NCBI RefSeq assembly: GCF_009914755.1
Contig: NC_060928.1
From: the human T2T-CHM13v2.0 reference genome, Homo sapiens
Direction: 5' to 3' (one strand)
DNA: 64,000 bases
The translations under genes and the position numbers were made by a program. A model generated the notes under the pieces. That model saw only the letters and a list, made by a program, of their open reading frames with translations, had not been told where the DNA came from and searched no databases. Shown piece by piece: positions 25,958 through 39,800 of this stretch (the stretch's first letter is position 1; each line of letters begins with the position of its first letter).

Positions 25958-27149
25958 CTGAGGATAGTGATGATTATTGGAACCACGTGCAATAACTGAA
26001 CAATATTTTCAAGCATACGAAGCACTTTTTGAACATAAACCCTTCAACCATCACAACCAATTCGCAGATCATCCTTCTCTACTGTTCCCTCTTGGAGGCA
26101 GACAAACAAAAGTCCAGGTCATAAAAAAAAAAAAAACAAACATACGTTCATGATAACAACTCTCACAATTTCTGAAAAATCACTGTGAAATTCACCCCCA
26201 AACCCTCACTGAATCAGTTCCTGGGACTCAATGTCTAATCAATCTATAAATGTGACCTATCTCAACAAGTCAATGACTTCAACTTCAAAACACACAAATA
26301 GACACAAGCCACAGTGCACAAGGTTATCATCTAATGTGACATGGGGAGACACCAGTTGGGACTATTACCAGGTACCCAGAGGACTGTGTAGGATCATTGC
26401 ATCTGTGGGTCACTTCAATTTTAGCACCTCGCACATTACCTAACACTACCCAACACATACTAGGCACTCCATAAACATCTGTTACAGTTGGGGTTTCCTA
26501 AGCATCTTCACACACATTATATGGTTGTTAAACCTCAAACTATCCTTCGCAATAGGCATTTTTTACTTATACTCACTCATTTTAAAGTTTGTGAAACTGA
26601 TATTTCTACCAGTTCGACGAGTTGCCCAAAATTGTAACAAGAGTAATAAATGATACAAATAGAACCCATCTCTCCATCATTCAAGGCTAGTGTGTGTAAT
26701 ACTGTTACATAAGTATAAAAATTTCAGAAGTAACATGGAACTGGGATTGACTTAGATAGAACGTCATGTCCCTCACAACACTATAGACCTTGCCATGGTA
26801 TATGCGGTTCTAGCAAAAATGCATTTTTACACTTCGATCAAAATTTAGCAGAGTATCTGAGAAGGTTGACAAGATGTTAGCAGCAAGCCAGCTGAGAATC
26901 TCTGTCTCAATAGGAAGATATGCCAAGAAAGGGAGAAGATAAATGGGGTTTCAGGAGGGGTAAATGCAGTAGGAGTTAGGCTTATAAGCCCTCCTCCCAC
27001 CCACCTTCTCGAAATCCTACCTCCACCCATGGCTCCACACACATTCTACTAAGATTGTTCCCTCTAGCACAGAAGAGTTTTTCCCCTTCATTGATGAACA
27101 TTAATGCCGCAGAATATAACTACTTTCATTTTGTTATGTTAATCAAATC

Positions 27150-27600
27150 ACTAATTCATATTTATTATAAAATGACTGGTAAACATAGATAACAAAAATA
27201 AAAATTATTAAATTAAAATCACTCTGAATTCCACAACCAAAAAATAACTACTGCTAACTCCTTAATGTAAACATTCCAGAATTTTCCTAGCATACCAACT
27301 CATATAAACATGTACATATATTTGCAAAACAATACTATAACTATTTTTAAACCTGGCTGTTGTGTTTTTTTCACTCAACAGGAAATCTTGCACAACTTTT
27401 CATGTCAATACATAAGAGCATGTAAACATCATAATGACTTCAGTATAAACTAATGAATTTTCTACGGCTGAATATTTAGGTTGTTTCCAAATTTTTGATA
27501 CTAGAGACAATATTTTATGAGCATTCTTGAACATACATACATCTTTGGGCACCTGCTTAGCTACTTCTTTAGGATAAATGTGTATTTAGGATAAACAAGT
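27150..27600 (-). mobile_element. Old L1ME fragment
   Basis: ATATTTAGGTTGTTTCCAAATTTTTG...TCTTTAGGATAAAT. Confidence 0.55.
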
Positions 27601-27889
27601 ATTTGATTATCTCATTTATAATGGAGAGGTCTTTAATGGCTCCTGCTTGATATTTAGAATAAATTCCAAATGAATTAGCATAGCCCACTTTAGTCTCCCT
27701 CTCACCCCAGAACTTCCCTGCATATACTGTTGGTGCCTTAGGCTGTGCTCACTCTCTGTGTCTTTCTCCACTTCACTAATCCTTTCTCTTCTTTCTCCAA
27801 ACTTCAAAATTCCGCTTAAATATCACCTCCTTCTGAAAGTCTTCTATTATCATGATCCTTCACCAATACAACGCAAATTATACTACTAC

Positions 27890-28030
27890 TAATAATAGTA
27901 ATAAACACATATATGTAGCACTCCTTTGTGTCAGGAAGTATTCTAAGCATGTTACATAGATATGTCATTCAATTCTTTCAACAAATCTATGAGGTCATCA
28001 CTGATACCTCAATTTTACAGATAAACTGTA
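27890..28030 (-). mobile_element. MIR
   Basis: TGTGTCAGG..GTATTCTAAGCAT...CATTCAATTCTT..AACAA..CTATGAGG...ATTTTACAGAT. Confidence 0.7.
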
Positions 28031-29562
28031 TTTAGAAACTTTGAAGTTTGTTAGGATTTATGAATATGTGAGTACTTATACAAACTTAAATTAAATACAT
28101 ATATGCATATGTGTGCAGCTCGCTCTAGCTAGAAGTATAAAACCTTAGCTACCTGTGTTGATGAATAAATCCTTTTTCAAACACACTTAAAACTAACGTT
28201 ATTATCTAGAGGAAAAAACTATAAGATGCAATTAAAGAGACCTATGTGACTTAAGATGAAGCTATTTGGATAAAAATTTGAAATGAAGGTGAATTATTGG
28301 TATTCTAGATTAAAACTCAGCCCCAGAATCTGTTAAACACTTTAATTGCCTTTACACATCAATAACAATTGGGGAAAATTTCAACCTATATATACTATTT
28401 TAGTTTAAGTATCAAGCTTTTTGTCAGGTAGATAGCAACCTATAATAAAAATCAAAGTTATTACTTTATTTTACCCAGTTAGTCAAAAGGGAAATTGGAA
28501 TTCCTACCCATAAGAAAACAAAACCAAACAACAGCACATAATAGTTGTTAAGCGTTTATATAAACACATTACATTTTTAAAGCACTCAACAAGTAATTAG
28601 TGGAACCTGGAATTAGATTTGTTTTTATTGTCACAATACAGAAGAAAACCTAGTACTGAATAAGTTATTCAACTATTAAACCTTGACCAAAAAGATTTAT
28701 TGTTAATTGCTTAAACTCCCTGCAATAAAATTAAACAACTTTTTTCCCCTTCCAATCAACTAACATGGCCTGCATGACTTTCACTAATTCACTTAGTGTC
28801 TAACAAAGGTAAAATAATAAACACTCAATGAAGAGGTGGCCATGCCTCGTCAAACAGAGGTGCAGAGACTCCTGAATTGCCTGGCTCTGTGCTGGGTGGT
28901 ATGAGCAGATGAGACAGATACAACTGACCCCCTAGAGCATCAATTTTTCTAACAATGAAGATAAACATGTTTATTCTAAAACAAGCATAGTTACGCTATA
29001 ACATAAAATAGCACAAAATTTTGAAACAAAAAGCTGTCATCTACTTAAATGCCTTCCTATCCACTTTATATTTGTATGCCTTTTGAATTTTGCACCATTT
29101 TAATGTATTACCTTTTAGAACAAATTAACTTTTTAAAAGCTGTTAAGATGGAAAAAATGATTTGGAGAAACTAACAACTATGTTTTGCACATCTGAATTT
29201 GTGGAGAATTCATATTTGCTACACGTATGTATAGCTGCAAAGATTATCCTTGTCCAAAATATGTGTATTAATCTCTCTCAATCTTCCAAATCTGTGTGTA
29301 ATACTTCCAAAAGGTTTCCACCAAAAAATCCTAATAGTCTAAGTAAAAATTTGTTTACCCTCCCTCCACTCCAAATTCATGGCAAAAGGGTTACTAAAGA
29401 TACTAAAATGTTTTACTACATTTTTAAAGTAATATTTTTCTTTATTAATTTTCTTTTAAATTAATTTTAATTTATTTAATTTTTGTTTGATAATTTTAAT
29501 AATTTGGTTGGGTAATGATTCCAAATTCAAGAGAAAAAGAATACACATAAAAATTTCCCCTT

Positions 29563-30000
<438 letters not shown>

Positions 30001-30599
30001 TTAAAACGTGTAATCATGACTTTCACACAAATATAAAATGAACATGGGCCCAAAATTGTATTTAACTCATTAAATAATGAGGGAACTAATAAGGTTCGAG
30101 TTCAGACTAGTTGGAACCAGTCTGAAGAGGAGTTCAAAGAACCACACCTATTTATGCAGGTAAGAAATGCAAAGTCAATTTGCAAATAGATGCCAAATTG
30201 GCCTGTCCATAGGGCAAATAATCAATCACCTCCCACCTGACATAGCTAATTTGCATTTCTATAGATGAAAATCCTTTTCACTAGCATCAGTTTTCTATAG
30301 CTCAAAGACAGTAAAAGGCAGAGATAAGCAGAAAAGGTGTGTTTAGATAGAACACTTCATTATCTTTTCTTTGTCCACTTTGGTCTTTCTCAGTTGTTTC
30401 TGACAGTCACTTAGATGGACCCCTTATGCCCTCTGCTACACTCTGCACACTCCTGAGGTACATGAAGGCACAGAGATCTATGTCACAACAAAAATTCAGG
30501 AAGGGTCCTCCAGTTATTGTTCTACACTGGTTACTGCTAATTGTTCCATGTCCTTGCCATGGTTCTATGGAAGGAGAGGTCCTCTGTTGCTTTCCTGAT

Positions 30600-31060
30600 G
30601 CTTTATTTTAGGTTCCCAGAAGCAGACCCTGAGATAAGGATTTGAGAGCAGAGAGGTAGTTTATTTAGAAGGTGAAGGCAACACTGGTAGGGGAGGGAGA
30701 AAGTGAGGCAGAAATGGAAAGACAGTAATTAAAGGATTGAGTAACCAGAACTTAATCTCATAGGAAAATTATGGGAAACATTGCAAAGCCCCCTCTTTGG
30801 AAGTACACCAACTAAAGGGCAAGGGAACTGGGGCCTTTATACTCCAGCTCCCTGGAGTCACTGGTAAAGGGTTGCTCCCAGGAGTGTTAATTCTGTGGCT
30901 CTATTGGCCTACTCTAAAAAAGAGCAGAGCAGCCTTCCAAAGCTTTAGAGAGACACCTAAGGCACCGAGATGCACCTACTGGCAGTTGGAAGTCCACAGA
31001 AACACACAGAAGGAGTGGGATCTAGAGATGTAGACAGAACACCCATAGAATCCACTTCAT
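30600..31060 (-). mobile_element. Ancient ERVL-class LTR (LTR33/40/41 group)
   Basis: GGTTCCCAGAAGCAGACCCTGAGATAAGGATTTGAG...GTAGTTTATTT motif. Confidence 0.6.
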
Positions 31061-31605
31061 ACCAGGCTTGGATATGCAAGCCTTGGCCGGGCCTCAAGTT
31101 GGAAGCCTGAAACCTAACTCTTATGCCTTGCACATCCTCCCCACTCTAAGGTCCTGCCACCTCCTGTCTCAGGCACTGTGAAGGAGAGGACATGGGTCCT
31201 GCTACTTACAAAATCACCAGCCCCTGTCCCTTTCTAGTCCTGGATTTGTTTCTCCTCCCCGCTAGAGCTTTGACCTCCCTGCTCCCACAGGTGTTCATTT
31301 CTTGCTCCAGTTTCACACTAGGGGGCAGGCTACCCAAGACAAAAGCCAAAATAACAGCCTGCCTTTGATCAACTTTGAAACACATTTCCCTAGAAGCAAT
31401 AGAAGCTGAAGTCCCAATAACCTTCTTGAAATAGGAAAAACAAGGAGAACGAAACACAAGTCATGTTTCAAACTTTATCCTGCCACATAGAACAGAAATA
31501 GTGAAAATGTGGCATCTTCTTTCCATCTCTGGTGATCTGATGGTTTCTGAAAAAGAGCACTCTCCCCATTTGTTTCTGGGATTCCTCAAAAAATAGTAAA
31601 ATGAA

Positions 31606-31901
31606 GGCCGGGTGCAGTGGCTCATGCCTATAATCCCAGCACTTTGGGAGGCTGAGGCAGGCCAATCACTTGAGGTCAGGAGTTAGGGACCAGCCTGGCC
31701 AACACGGTAAAACCCTACTAAAAATATAAAAATTAGCCAGGTGTGGTGGTGGGCACCTGTAATTCCAGCTACCCGGGAGGCTGAGGCAGGATACTCACTT
31801 GAACCTGGAGGCAGAGGTTGCAGTGAACTGAGATCACAGCACTGCACTCCAGCCTGAGCAACAGAGCAAGACTCTGTCTCAAAAAAAAAAAAAAAAAAAA
31901 A
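31606..31901 (+). mobile_element. AluS, full length
   Basis: Both arms and A21 tail. Confidence 0.95.
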
Positions 31902-32230
31902 GAATGAAAACTCAGCTAAACTGAGGACTGCTTCAGTCACAGCACTGAAACAATGGTCGACCTCCACTCCCCAGTGTTTGGAAGTTGTTTTCCAGATAGT
32001 TTGATCCTTATGGGAATCTGTCTTCCTTCTTAAATTAGAGCGCTAGTGTATATTTCTCCTTAATCCTGGACTAGGAAGTGGTAGTAAAAAATCCTGCCTT
32101 CTTGCACATTTTATTTTCTCATTATTTTAAAGTTATTTTACCTTCTATGGTCTCTGATGAGGCATGAAGAAACTGCCATTTTTTGAAAGCCTAGTAAACA
32201 TCAGCAGCTCCACACCCATAATCTCTCTTA

Positions 32231-32609
32231 AAAGTCTCCACAACGCTGAGGTGTAAAAAGCATTTTTAAATGGGGATTATGGTCCAGAGAGGTTAAGAAA
32301 TTTCCTACAGGTCACAAAGCTACAGTTGGAACTAGGATTCAAACATATTCCCTCTGATATTATCCACTATACCATGATAGGTATTTTCCTTATTAAATCC
32401 TAACTGGACTTTGTATCTTGAAAGTCTCCACAACACTGAAGTGTAAAAAGCATTTTTATATGGGGATTGTGGTCCAGAGAGGTTAAGAAATTTTCTATGG
32501 GTCACAAAGCTACAGTTGAAACTAGGGTTCAAACTTATTCCATCTGACATTTTCCACTATACCATGATAGGTATTTTCCTTATTAAATCCTAACTGGACT
32601 TTGTATCTT
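32231..32609 (+). repeat. Tandem duplication, 190-bp unit x2 (contains a MIR piece)
   Basis: Ungapped hand alignment of 32231-32419 with 32421-32609: 13 substitutions. Confidence 0.95.
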
Positions 32610-33003
32610 CCAAGGCTAAAAAGTTATGAAAGGTTAAAAACAATAGAATTTTCCCTATGCTTTTTTCAAATTCTAGGAGATGTTTGAGCCCTTTCAATTA
32701 TTATCATAATAAATAGAAAATAAAACTAAGGAAAATTTATTACATCAATTAGTGGACATCAAAGTCAATTTTCCATGATCCAGGAAGTGAAGTTCTACCA
32801 AGTAACTCACATTGTAACTTAACAATCTTGGAAAGAACAGGGCCTCCAATGGCATTTATCAGGCAGCATAATGGTTTCTTCCAAAACGATACTTTACCCA
32901 TTTCCCTCTTATGCTCATGGGAGGGAGTGACTCAGGTAAAAAGATCAGAGTTTTGCTGACCGACAGACCTGACTTACCACAGTGCTGCTGGTGCCATGCT
33001 GTG

Positions 33004-33768
33004 TGTATTATAGTCCATTCTCACACTGCTATCAAGAACTACTTGGGACTGAGTAATTTATAAAGAAAAGAGGCTTAATCAACTCACAATTCCACAAGCT
33101 GTACGTGAAGCATGGCTGGGGTGGCTTCAGGAAACTTACAATCATGGCAGAAGGCGAAGGGGAAGCCAGCACATCTTACATGGCCAGAGAAGGAGGAAGA
33201 GAGAGTGACGAAAGAGATGCTACACACTTTTAAATGATCAGATCTTGTGAGAACACCCTCACTATCATGGGAACAGCAAGGGGAAAATCCACCCCCGTGA
33301 TCCAATCACCTCCCACCACGCCCCTCCTCCAACACTGGGGATTACAATTTGACATGAGATTTGGGCAGGGACACAAATCCAAACCGTATCACTCTGCCCC
33401 TAGCCCCTCCCAAATCTCATGTCCTTCTCACGTTGCAAAATACAATCGTCCCTTCTAGTAGTCCCCTAAGTCTTAATTCATTTCAGCATTAACTAAAAAA
33501 GTCCATAGTCCAAAGTCTCATCTGAGACAGGCAAGTCCCAAAAGCAAGTTAATTACTTCCAAGATACAATGGGAATACAGGCATTGGGTAAATACATCCA
33601 TTTCAAAAGGGAGAAATCAGCCAAAACAAAGGATTACAGGCCCCATGCAAGTCCAAAACCCAGCAGGGCAGTCATTAAATCTTAAAGCTCCAAATTAATC
33701 TCCTTTGACTCCATGTCTCACATCTAGGCCACACTGATGCAAGGGGTGGGCTCCCAAGGCCTTAGGCA
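33004..33768 (-). mobile_element. MST 3' LTR (33004-33391) with adjoining MST-int, 5' part lost
   Basis: TGTATTA..GTCCATTCTCACACTGCTAT...CAAACCGTATCA, then PPT CTCTGCCCC and internal AGTTAATTACTTCCAAGATACAATGGG. Confidence 0.9.
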
Positions 33769-33955
33769 CAGTGTGATCCTGAACAAGTCATTGATTTATT
33801 CAACACAAGGTTACTGAGCACCTACTAAGTACTAGGCTCCATGTTCCATCCTGTGGCTAGAACTGTACTCAAACCCTGTCCTCAGAGCTGTCTATGTAAC
33901 GGGCCAGACAAGAGTCAAGCAAACCTAATGGAATTTGGATTAAATACTGTGAGCA

Positions 33956-34508
33956 TGTGGCCAACAGACTCTAAGATAGCCCCAACAACCCTGACTCTTG
34001 GTATTCACACTTTTGTGTAATCTTCTCTGCTTAAGTGTGAGCTGAACCTAGCTACTTGCTTCTACCAACAGAATATGGCAAAGGTTATGGCGTGTTATTT
34101 CCATGATTAGGTTACCTAAGATTGTGATTGTACCTTGCCGGAAGATTCTGCCTTGCAATCTTTGATGAATCAAGCTGCCATGTTGGAGAGATCCACATGA
34201 CAAGAAATTGAGGGCAGTCTCTGGCCAACATCTAGCAAGGAACTGAGGTTCTTAGTCCAACAACCCACAATTAACTGAAGCCCACCAATAAGCATGAGAG
34301 CTCAGAAGCAGATCCTTCCCCTATCAAGCCTTCAGATAAGACTTTACCCCAGCCAACACCTTGATTATAACCTTGTGAGAGACTGAGTAGAGGACCACAA
34401 AAAGCCATGTTCAACCTCCTAACCCACAGAAACTATGAAATAACAAATATGTGTTGCTTTAAGCAAGTTTGGGGGCAATTTGTTACATTATAATACATAA
34501 CTAATATG
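33956..34508 (+). mobile_element. MLT1F-like MaLR LTR inserted in an L2
   Basis: TGTGG...CAGACTCTAAGATAGCCCC...CAAGGAACTGAGG...CCCACAGAAACTATGAAATAACAAAT. Confidence 0.82.
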
Positions 34509-35200
34509 AAGCCCAAGAACAGGCTGCTATGAGAGATCCCAGAGGGGGACTGCTTGAGACTAAGTGGTGAGCACAGGCTTCTCTGAGGAATCACATTTAA
34601 GCAGAGTCCTGAGTGACGAGCAGGTGCCCACCAGGAATGTGAGGAAAGAGAATTCCAAGTCTTTGAACCTTAGTGGAGCCTCAATTTCCTCAAATAGAAA
34701 ATGAGAATTTTCCCTAGGTATTTCCTGCATATAGTTGCTTTGAGGATTAAGTAAGAAAATATTTGTAATGTGCTTTACATCATCTATGATGCAAATAATA
34801 AGCCTGATTACAATGATGGATGGTGAGGATGTTATTACCACCAGTATTTTACAAATAAAGTACTAGGACTGAATGGCACCCAATGGCAAAATGTAGTATG
34901 TGTTCTAAGAATGGACACTTCCTGTCCATAGATTCTGTTTCTTTCAGTCTTCTCTGGCTGGCCCATGCCTTTCTCTGGCTAGGCCTTTCTAGGCTTCTTT
35001 ATGCAGATAGGGGAAGCAGTTGTATAATCCCTCCTACTAATCATTGTGCAGATACATTTATTTCTCTGTTACAAACCACTGTCACATTACTGACTGACTC
35101 TCTTATCAGCCAATAGCAAATAATTCTGTACTTAGCTTGGGCAGTCCTGCTTTCTCATTCAGCTCACTCCTGTCTACACCCAATTAAAATGCATCTCCCA

Positions 35201-35586
<386 letters not shown>

Positions 35587-35625
35587 CTAGAATAGTTACC
35601 CCATCCTTACCTCCTCTTCCTTCCC

Positions 35626-35636
35626 CACACACATGC

Positions 35637-35667
<31 letters not shown>
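35626..35667 (+). repeat. (CA)n microsatellite
   Basis: Direct observation. Confidence 0.9.
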
Positions 35668-35669
<2 letters not shown>

Positions 35670-36131
35670 CTGATGAACCAGTTTCTAAACACCCTCCAAA
35701 ACTCAGCTCAGAAGCCTCAGTCCCCGGGGAAGTATCTTTCCTCTCCCTAGGTGATGGAATTAATAATCACTTCTCTCTGCAACTTGAACTTGCTTCTATC
35801 ATTGCACTAATCAGACTGTATTACAGTCTATTCACAGGTATTGTCATCTTGACCAGTAGTTACTTGAGCTCATCCAGCATATTTTGAGAGCATACTGCAT
35901 GAAGCTAGGAATACAGCAACGAATTTAACACAGACCCTGCCCTGGAGGAGAGGCAGGCTGTAAACAAGTAGTTTGAACTAACGTGGTAAATGCTCCCATC
36001 CATGTGTATCCCAGTGGCTCTCAATGTGAAAGGGCACTAGCTGAGCGCTTAGGCCCCTGGAGAATCTGGAAAGACTTCCTGGAGAAAACAACAGAAAGGA
36101 GTGAACCCCGAAGGATGGGAAAGTTGGATGG

Positions 36132-36508
36132 TGTTATGGACTGAATTGTGTTTCCCCAGATCCGTATGTTGAATCCCTAATTGACAATGTGATGGTATTT
36201 GGAAATGGGGCCTTTGGGAAGTAATCAGGTTTAGATGACGTCATGAGGGTAGGGCCCTCATGATAAGATTAGTGTCATTATAAAAACAGATATGAGAGAG
36301 CTTGCTTTCTGTGTCTCCTTTTACCATGTGAGGCCACAGCAGAAAGGTGGCCATCTGCAAGCCGGAAAGAGGGCCCTTACCAGAAACTAACTATGCTACT
36401 TCCCTGATCTTGAAATTCCAGGATTCAGAAATGTGAGAAATAGATGTCTGTTATTCAAGCCACCCAGTCTGTGGCATTTTGTTATGGCAGCCCGGACAGA
36501 CTAAAACA
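36132..36508 (+). mobile_element. MLT1A0-like MaLR LTR
   Basis: TGTTATGGACTGAATTGTG...GGTATTTGGAAATGGGGCCTTTGGGA...GTTATGGCAGCCC..ACAGACTAAAACA. Confidence 0.88.
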
Positions 36509-36659
36509 TATAAGCAAAGAAAGATGGACCCAGCATCTCTGGCAGAGGAAACCACCGAAGGAAAGGCATGGAAACATGGATCAGCACAGAGTATGACCGA
36601 GATATCAGAACTGCATTTGACAAGTGTGCAAAGCTGAGACAGGCAAGAAGGTGTGGCCC

Positions 36660-37475
36660 ATGTGATGATGGCAGTAAATGCCCAGCTCACATTTTCTGAG
36701 AAGCAGGATTCACCTGCAGGATTAAGCTCCCAGCAGCCATATTTCTATCCCATGACTCTCCTGAGCATAGTTTATCAGACCATGGTGCCCACGTGACCCA
36801 CGCTGGACCAAACAGATCCTCTCTGGTGAATCTGGAATTGGTATGAGAACATACTAATCAGACTAGGCTGTCCTCCTGAATAGAGATGAAAAAGTAAAAA
36901 CTACGTGATGTCATGCACAGAGAGAAGCAAGAAAAAGCTGCTCTCAGGATGTGAAGAATAAAGCAAATGAACCCAGCAAAGCAGCAGCTGGAAAGAAGAC
37001 AGGGATGCCTAGAGTTCATGGGAATTTCTTTCCAGTTCTTGCGTAAGTTGCTTGAAATACCCCAGAATCGGGCCGGGTGCGGTGGCTCACGCCTGTAATC
37101 CCAGCACTTTGGGAGGCCGAGGCAGGCGGATCACAAGGTCAGGAGATCGAGACCATCCTGGCCAACATGTTGAAACCCTGTCTCTACTAAAAATACAAAA
37201 AAATTAGCTGGGTGTGGTGGCATGCGCTTGTAGTCCCGGCTACTTAGGAAACTGAGGCAGGAGAATCCTGAACCCTGGAGGCAGAGTTTGCAGTAAGCTG
37301 AGATCATGCCACTGCACTCCAGCCTGGTAACAGAGTGAGACTCCGTCTCAAAAAAATAAAAAAAGAAAGAAAAGAAAAGAAAAATACCCCAGAATCCTTC
37401 TAGTAAATTTTCTTTCTTCCCTATGTGCTTAAATTGCTTTGACTTGGCTTCTGTCACTTGCTACCAAAAATGCTG
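36660..37475 (+). mobile_element. Ancient ERVL/MaLR LTR interrupted by an Alu
   Basis: CACGTGACCCACGCTGGACCAA... and 3' GCTTAAAT..TTGGCTTCTGTCACTTGCTACCAAAA. Confidence 0.5.
37071..37381 (+). mobile_element. AluSc-like
   Basis: GGAGATCGAGACCATCCTGGCCAAC diagnostic; TSD AAATACCCCAGAATC. Confidence 0.95.
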
Positions 37476-37479
37476 GTGT

Positions 37480-38630
37480 GTCCTCAGCTCTATCCAAGAC
37501 TCCCCACTTCTGTTATTTATCTTCTTTGTTCTTCTTAGATTATCATCACCTAGTCCATGAATAAAATTACCATTCATGTTCTCTAAGTCCCAAATGTGTC
37601 TTCTCCCCCCATATATCCAACATCCTACTTCCCATCTTCATTCGAATTGGCTAAACACATCTCGAAAGTATCATGTCCCCCAGAATTATTTGACTCTGCC
37701 TCCTCTTCTAAATATTCTTCACCCTGAGTCTTCCACATCTCAATAAATAACACCAGGATCTCATTCCACCAGCCAACAACTTAGAATTTTCCTTATTTTT
37801 CCTTTCCTTCAGCTCCCTCATCCAGTCCATCAACAAGTCTTACCATCTCCATTTGCAAAATATGTCTCAAATCTATCCATGCCAGTCCACCTCCACCACC
37901 CAAATCCATGTCATCAAAATCTGTCACCTGCTCTGCCTCAGTCATCTCCTTATTGCTCTTCCTGACCCCCTCCCCTGTCCCGACTCCACCAGCACATATA
38001 CACAATGATTATCCTCAGAGCTGCAAGAATGATTCTCTTAGAACATAAGTCATGACATGTCATATCATGAAACCATGTAAACCTTTACAATGGCTTCCCT
38101 CTGAATATTGGAAAAAATTACCTTAGTCAATAAGCCCTTACGTGATCTAGCCCCTGCCCACCTGTCTGACTTTCTTCATGTTACTCTCCTCCTTGCTTAA
38201 CAACTTTTGGGAACTGGTTTCCATTGCTTTATTTTTGTTTTCCTTTTGAACATATCTGGATATTTCCCTCCTCAGGCCCTTCATCCCAATGTTCCTATTG
38301 TACCCTCTTTCTCCACCTCTCATCATTCATGTGCCAGTTCAAATGTCAGCTCCCAGAGAGAATGTCCTAATCACATTTGCAAAATAAGACCATCCAAGAT
38401 TAACTACCTCACATATCACTCTGCTTCTTTCAAGTACTTATCACAATCTGAAAAGATCGTTTGATTGTTGTTTAACTGTTTATTACCTGAATTCTCCTGC
38501 CAAAAAAGTAAGCACCAACCAAGGAGGCAGGTACCTCATCTGCCTCATTCACTGTGTAGCCCCAATTAAGCCCAAAATCTGGCATATAGTAAATGTTCAA
38601 TAAACATCTGTTGACTGAATGGATGAAACC
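37480..38630 (+). mobile_element. L2 (long 3' segment)
   Basis: Pyrimidine-rich body ending CTGGCATATAGTAAATGTTCAATAAACATCTGTTGACTGAATGGATG. Confidence 0.8.
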
Positions 38631-39648
38631 AAGGACAACACTGAAGTTCAAATAGGAGAGTGACAAGAAACATCTCGCATGCTTCATCTACATCCATGAC
38701 AACAGTGTGGAAGATTGACTTCAGGAGGCAGAGTCCACATCCTATTCATCTTTGTACCCCCAATGTCTAACGTGGGACAATCTGATCTACTATGTATAAT
38801 AATGAGATTCCAAAGCAATACCATTTTATCAAAAATCACATTTAAAGTACATTCACTTTGGTGTGTTTGGCTAGAAGGAGAACTAGATATACATAATAGC
38901 AAAGGTTATTTTTCCTGTATGAATTTCATGAATAAAGAATTTTAGTTGTGCATGCTTTTTATTAAGGAAAAAATAATTTATCAAAATGAACAAAAACAAA
39001 TCCAAACATCCCCTGAACTTACCAATTTGTTTTAATAAATTCTGATAATCCTTGAATGCTAGTGTTTGAGTTTGAAGAGCCTTTGAAAAGGATCTAGTTC
39101 GATTATCTTAAAGAACAGATGTGGAAACAAGCTGATTGAAATTGAGTGTTCAAGGTCAGAATCCAAGCTATAATTCAAATGTCCGACCTGTTCTCCTGGA
39201 CGCTGTACACTCTGCCTTCATGAGTTGGGAAGATAATGTTGAGGATGGAGTTGGCAAGATGGCAGCAGCCCAAAGCTGACAAAAGGCCATTGATCTATTT
39301 GAATCTAAAAATTCAGGTTCTGGCTTTTATGACCTGTTATTGAAAGAATATTATTCTTAATCCCAATAAAAGAGGATACTTCCCAAACAAAAAAGGAAAA
39401 CAAAGTCTCACTTTACATCAGCAGAGCCCAATTTGAGTTCTTTTATAGTCCATAACCAGATGTGCATTTAGAGAAACCATCTGTTGCAATCAGGATGCAA
39501 AACAAACCACATAAAAGAGAACTCTCACCCCAATCCCATCTCTGAATGGGAAAGGAAATAATCAGGTGAACCATAAAGCAGAAGTTGAAGAGATAGATAG
39601 GTAATTAGATAGATAACACAACAGAAATTGCAATCGATGGCAATAGAT

Positions 39649-39800
39649 GTAGGTGTTTGATGGAGATTGGCAGATGGAACAGGTGTTATGACTGTGGCTC
39701 CATGTGTTTCAATCAGAAGATGCTCAGGAGCTGAGGCTTTGGGGAGTCTGGCAGTTCGGACGACTTTGCCCACAGTCATATTCACTCCATAGACACCTAC
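39649..39800. repeat. Imperfect branched inverted repeat in unique sequence
   Basis: GTAGGTGTTTGATGGAG pairs with CTCCATAGACACCTAC; TATGACTGTGG pairs with CCACAGTCATA. Confidence 0.7.

Noticed and set aside
39525-39785. 86-aa minus-strand ORF (MNMTVGKVVRTARLPK...) with a downstream GTGAG donor-like site
   Set aside because: No polypyrimidine tract at the putative acceptor and no recognisable homology; the inverted repeat is the more tangible signal here.
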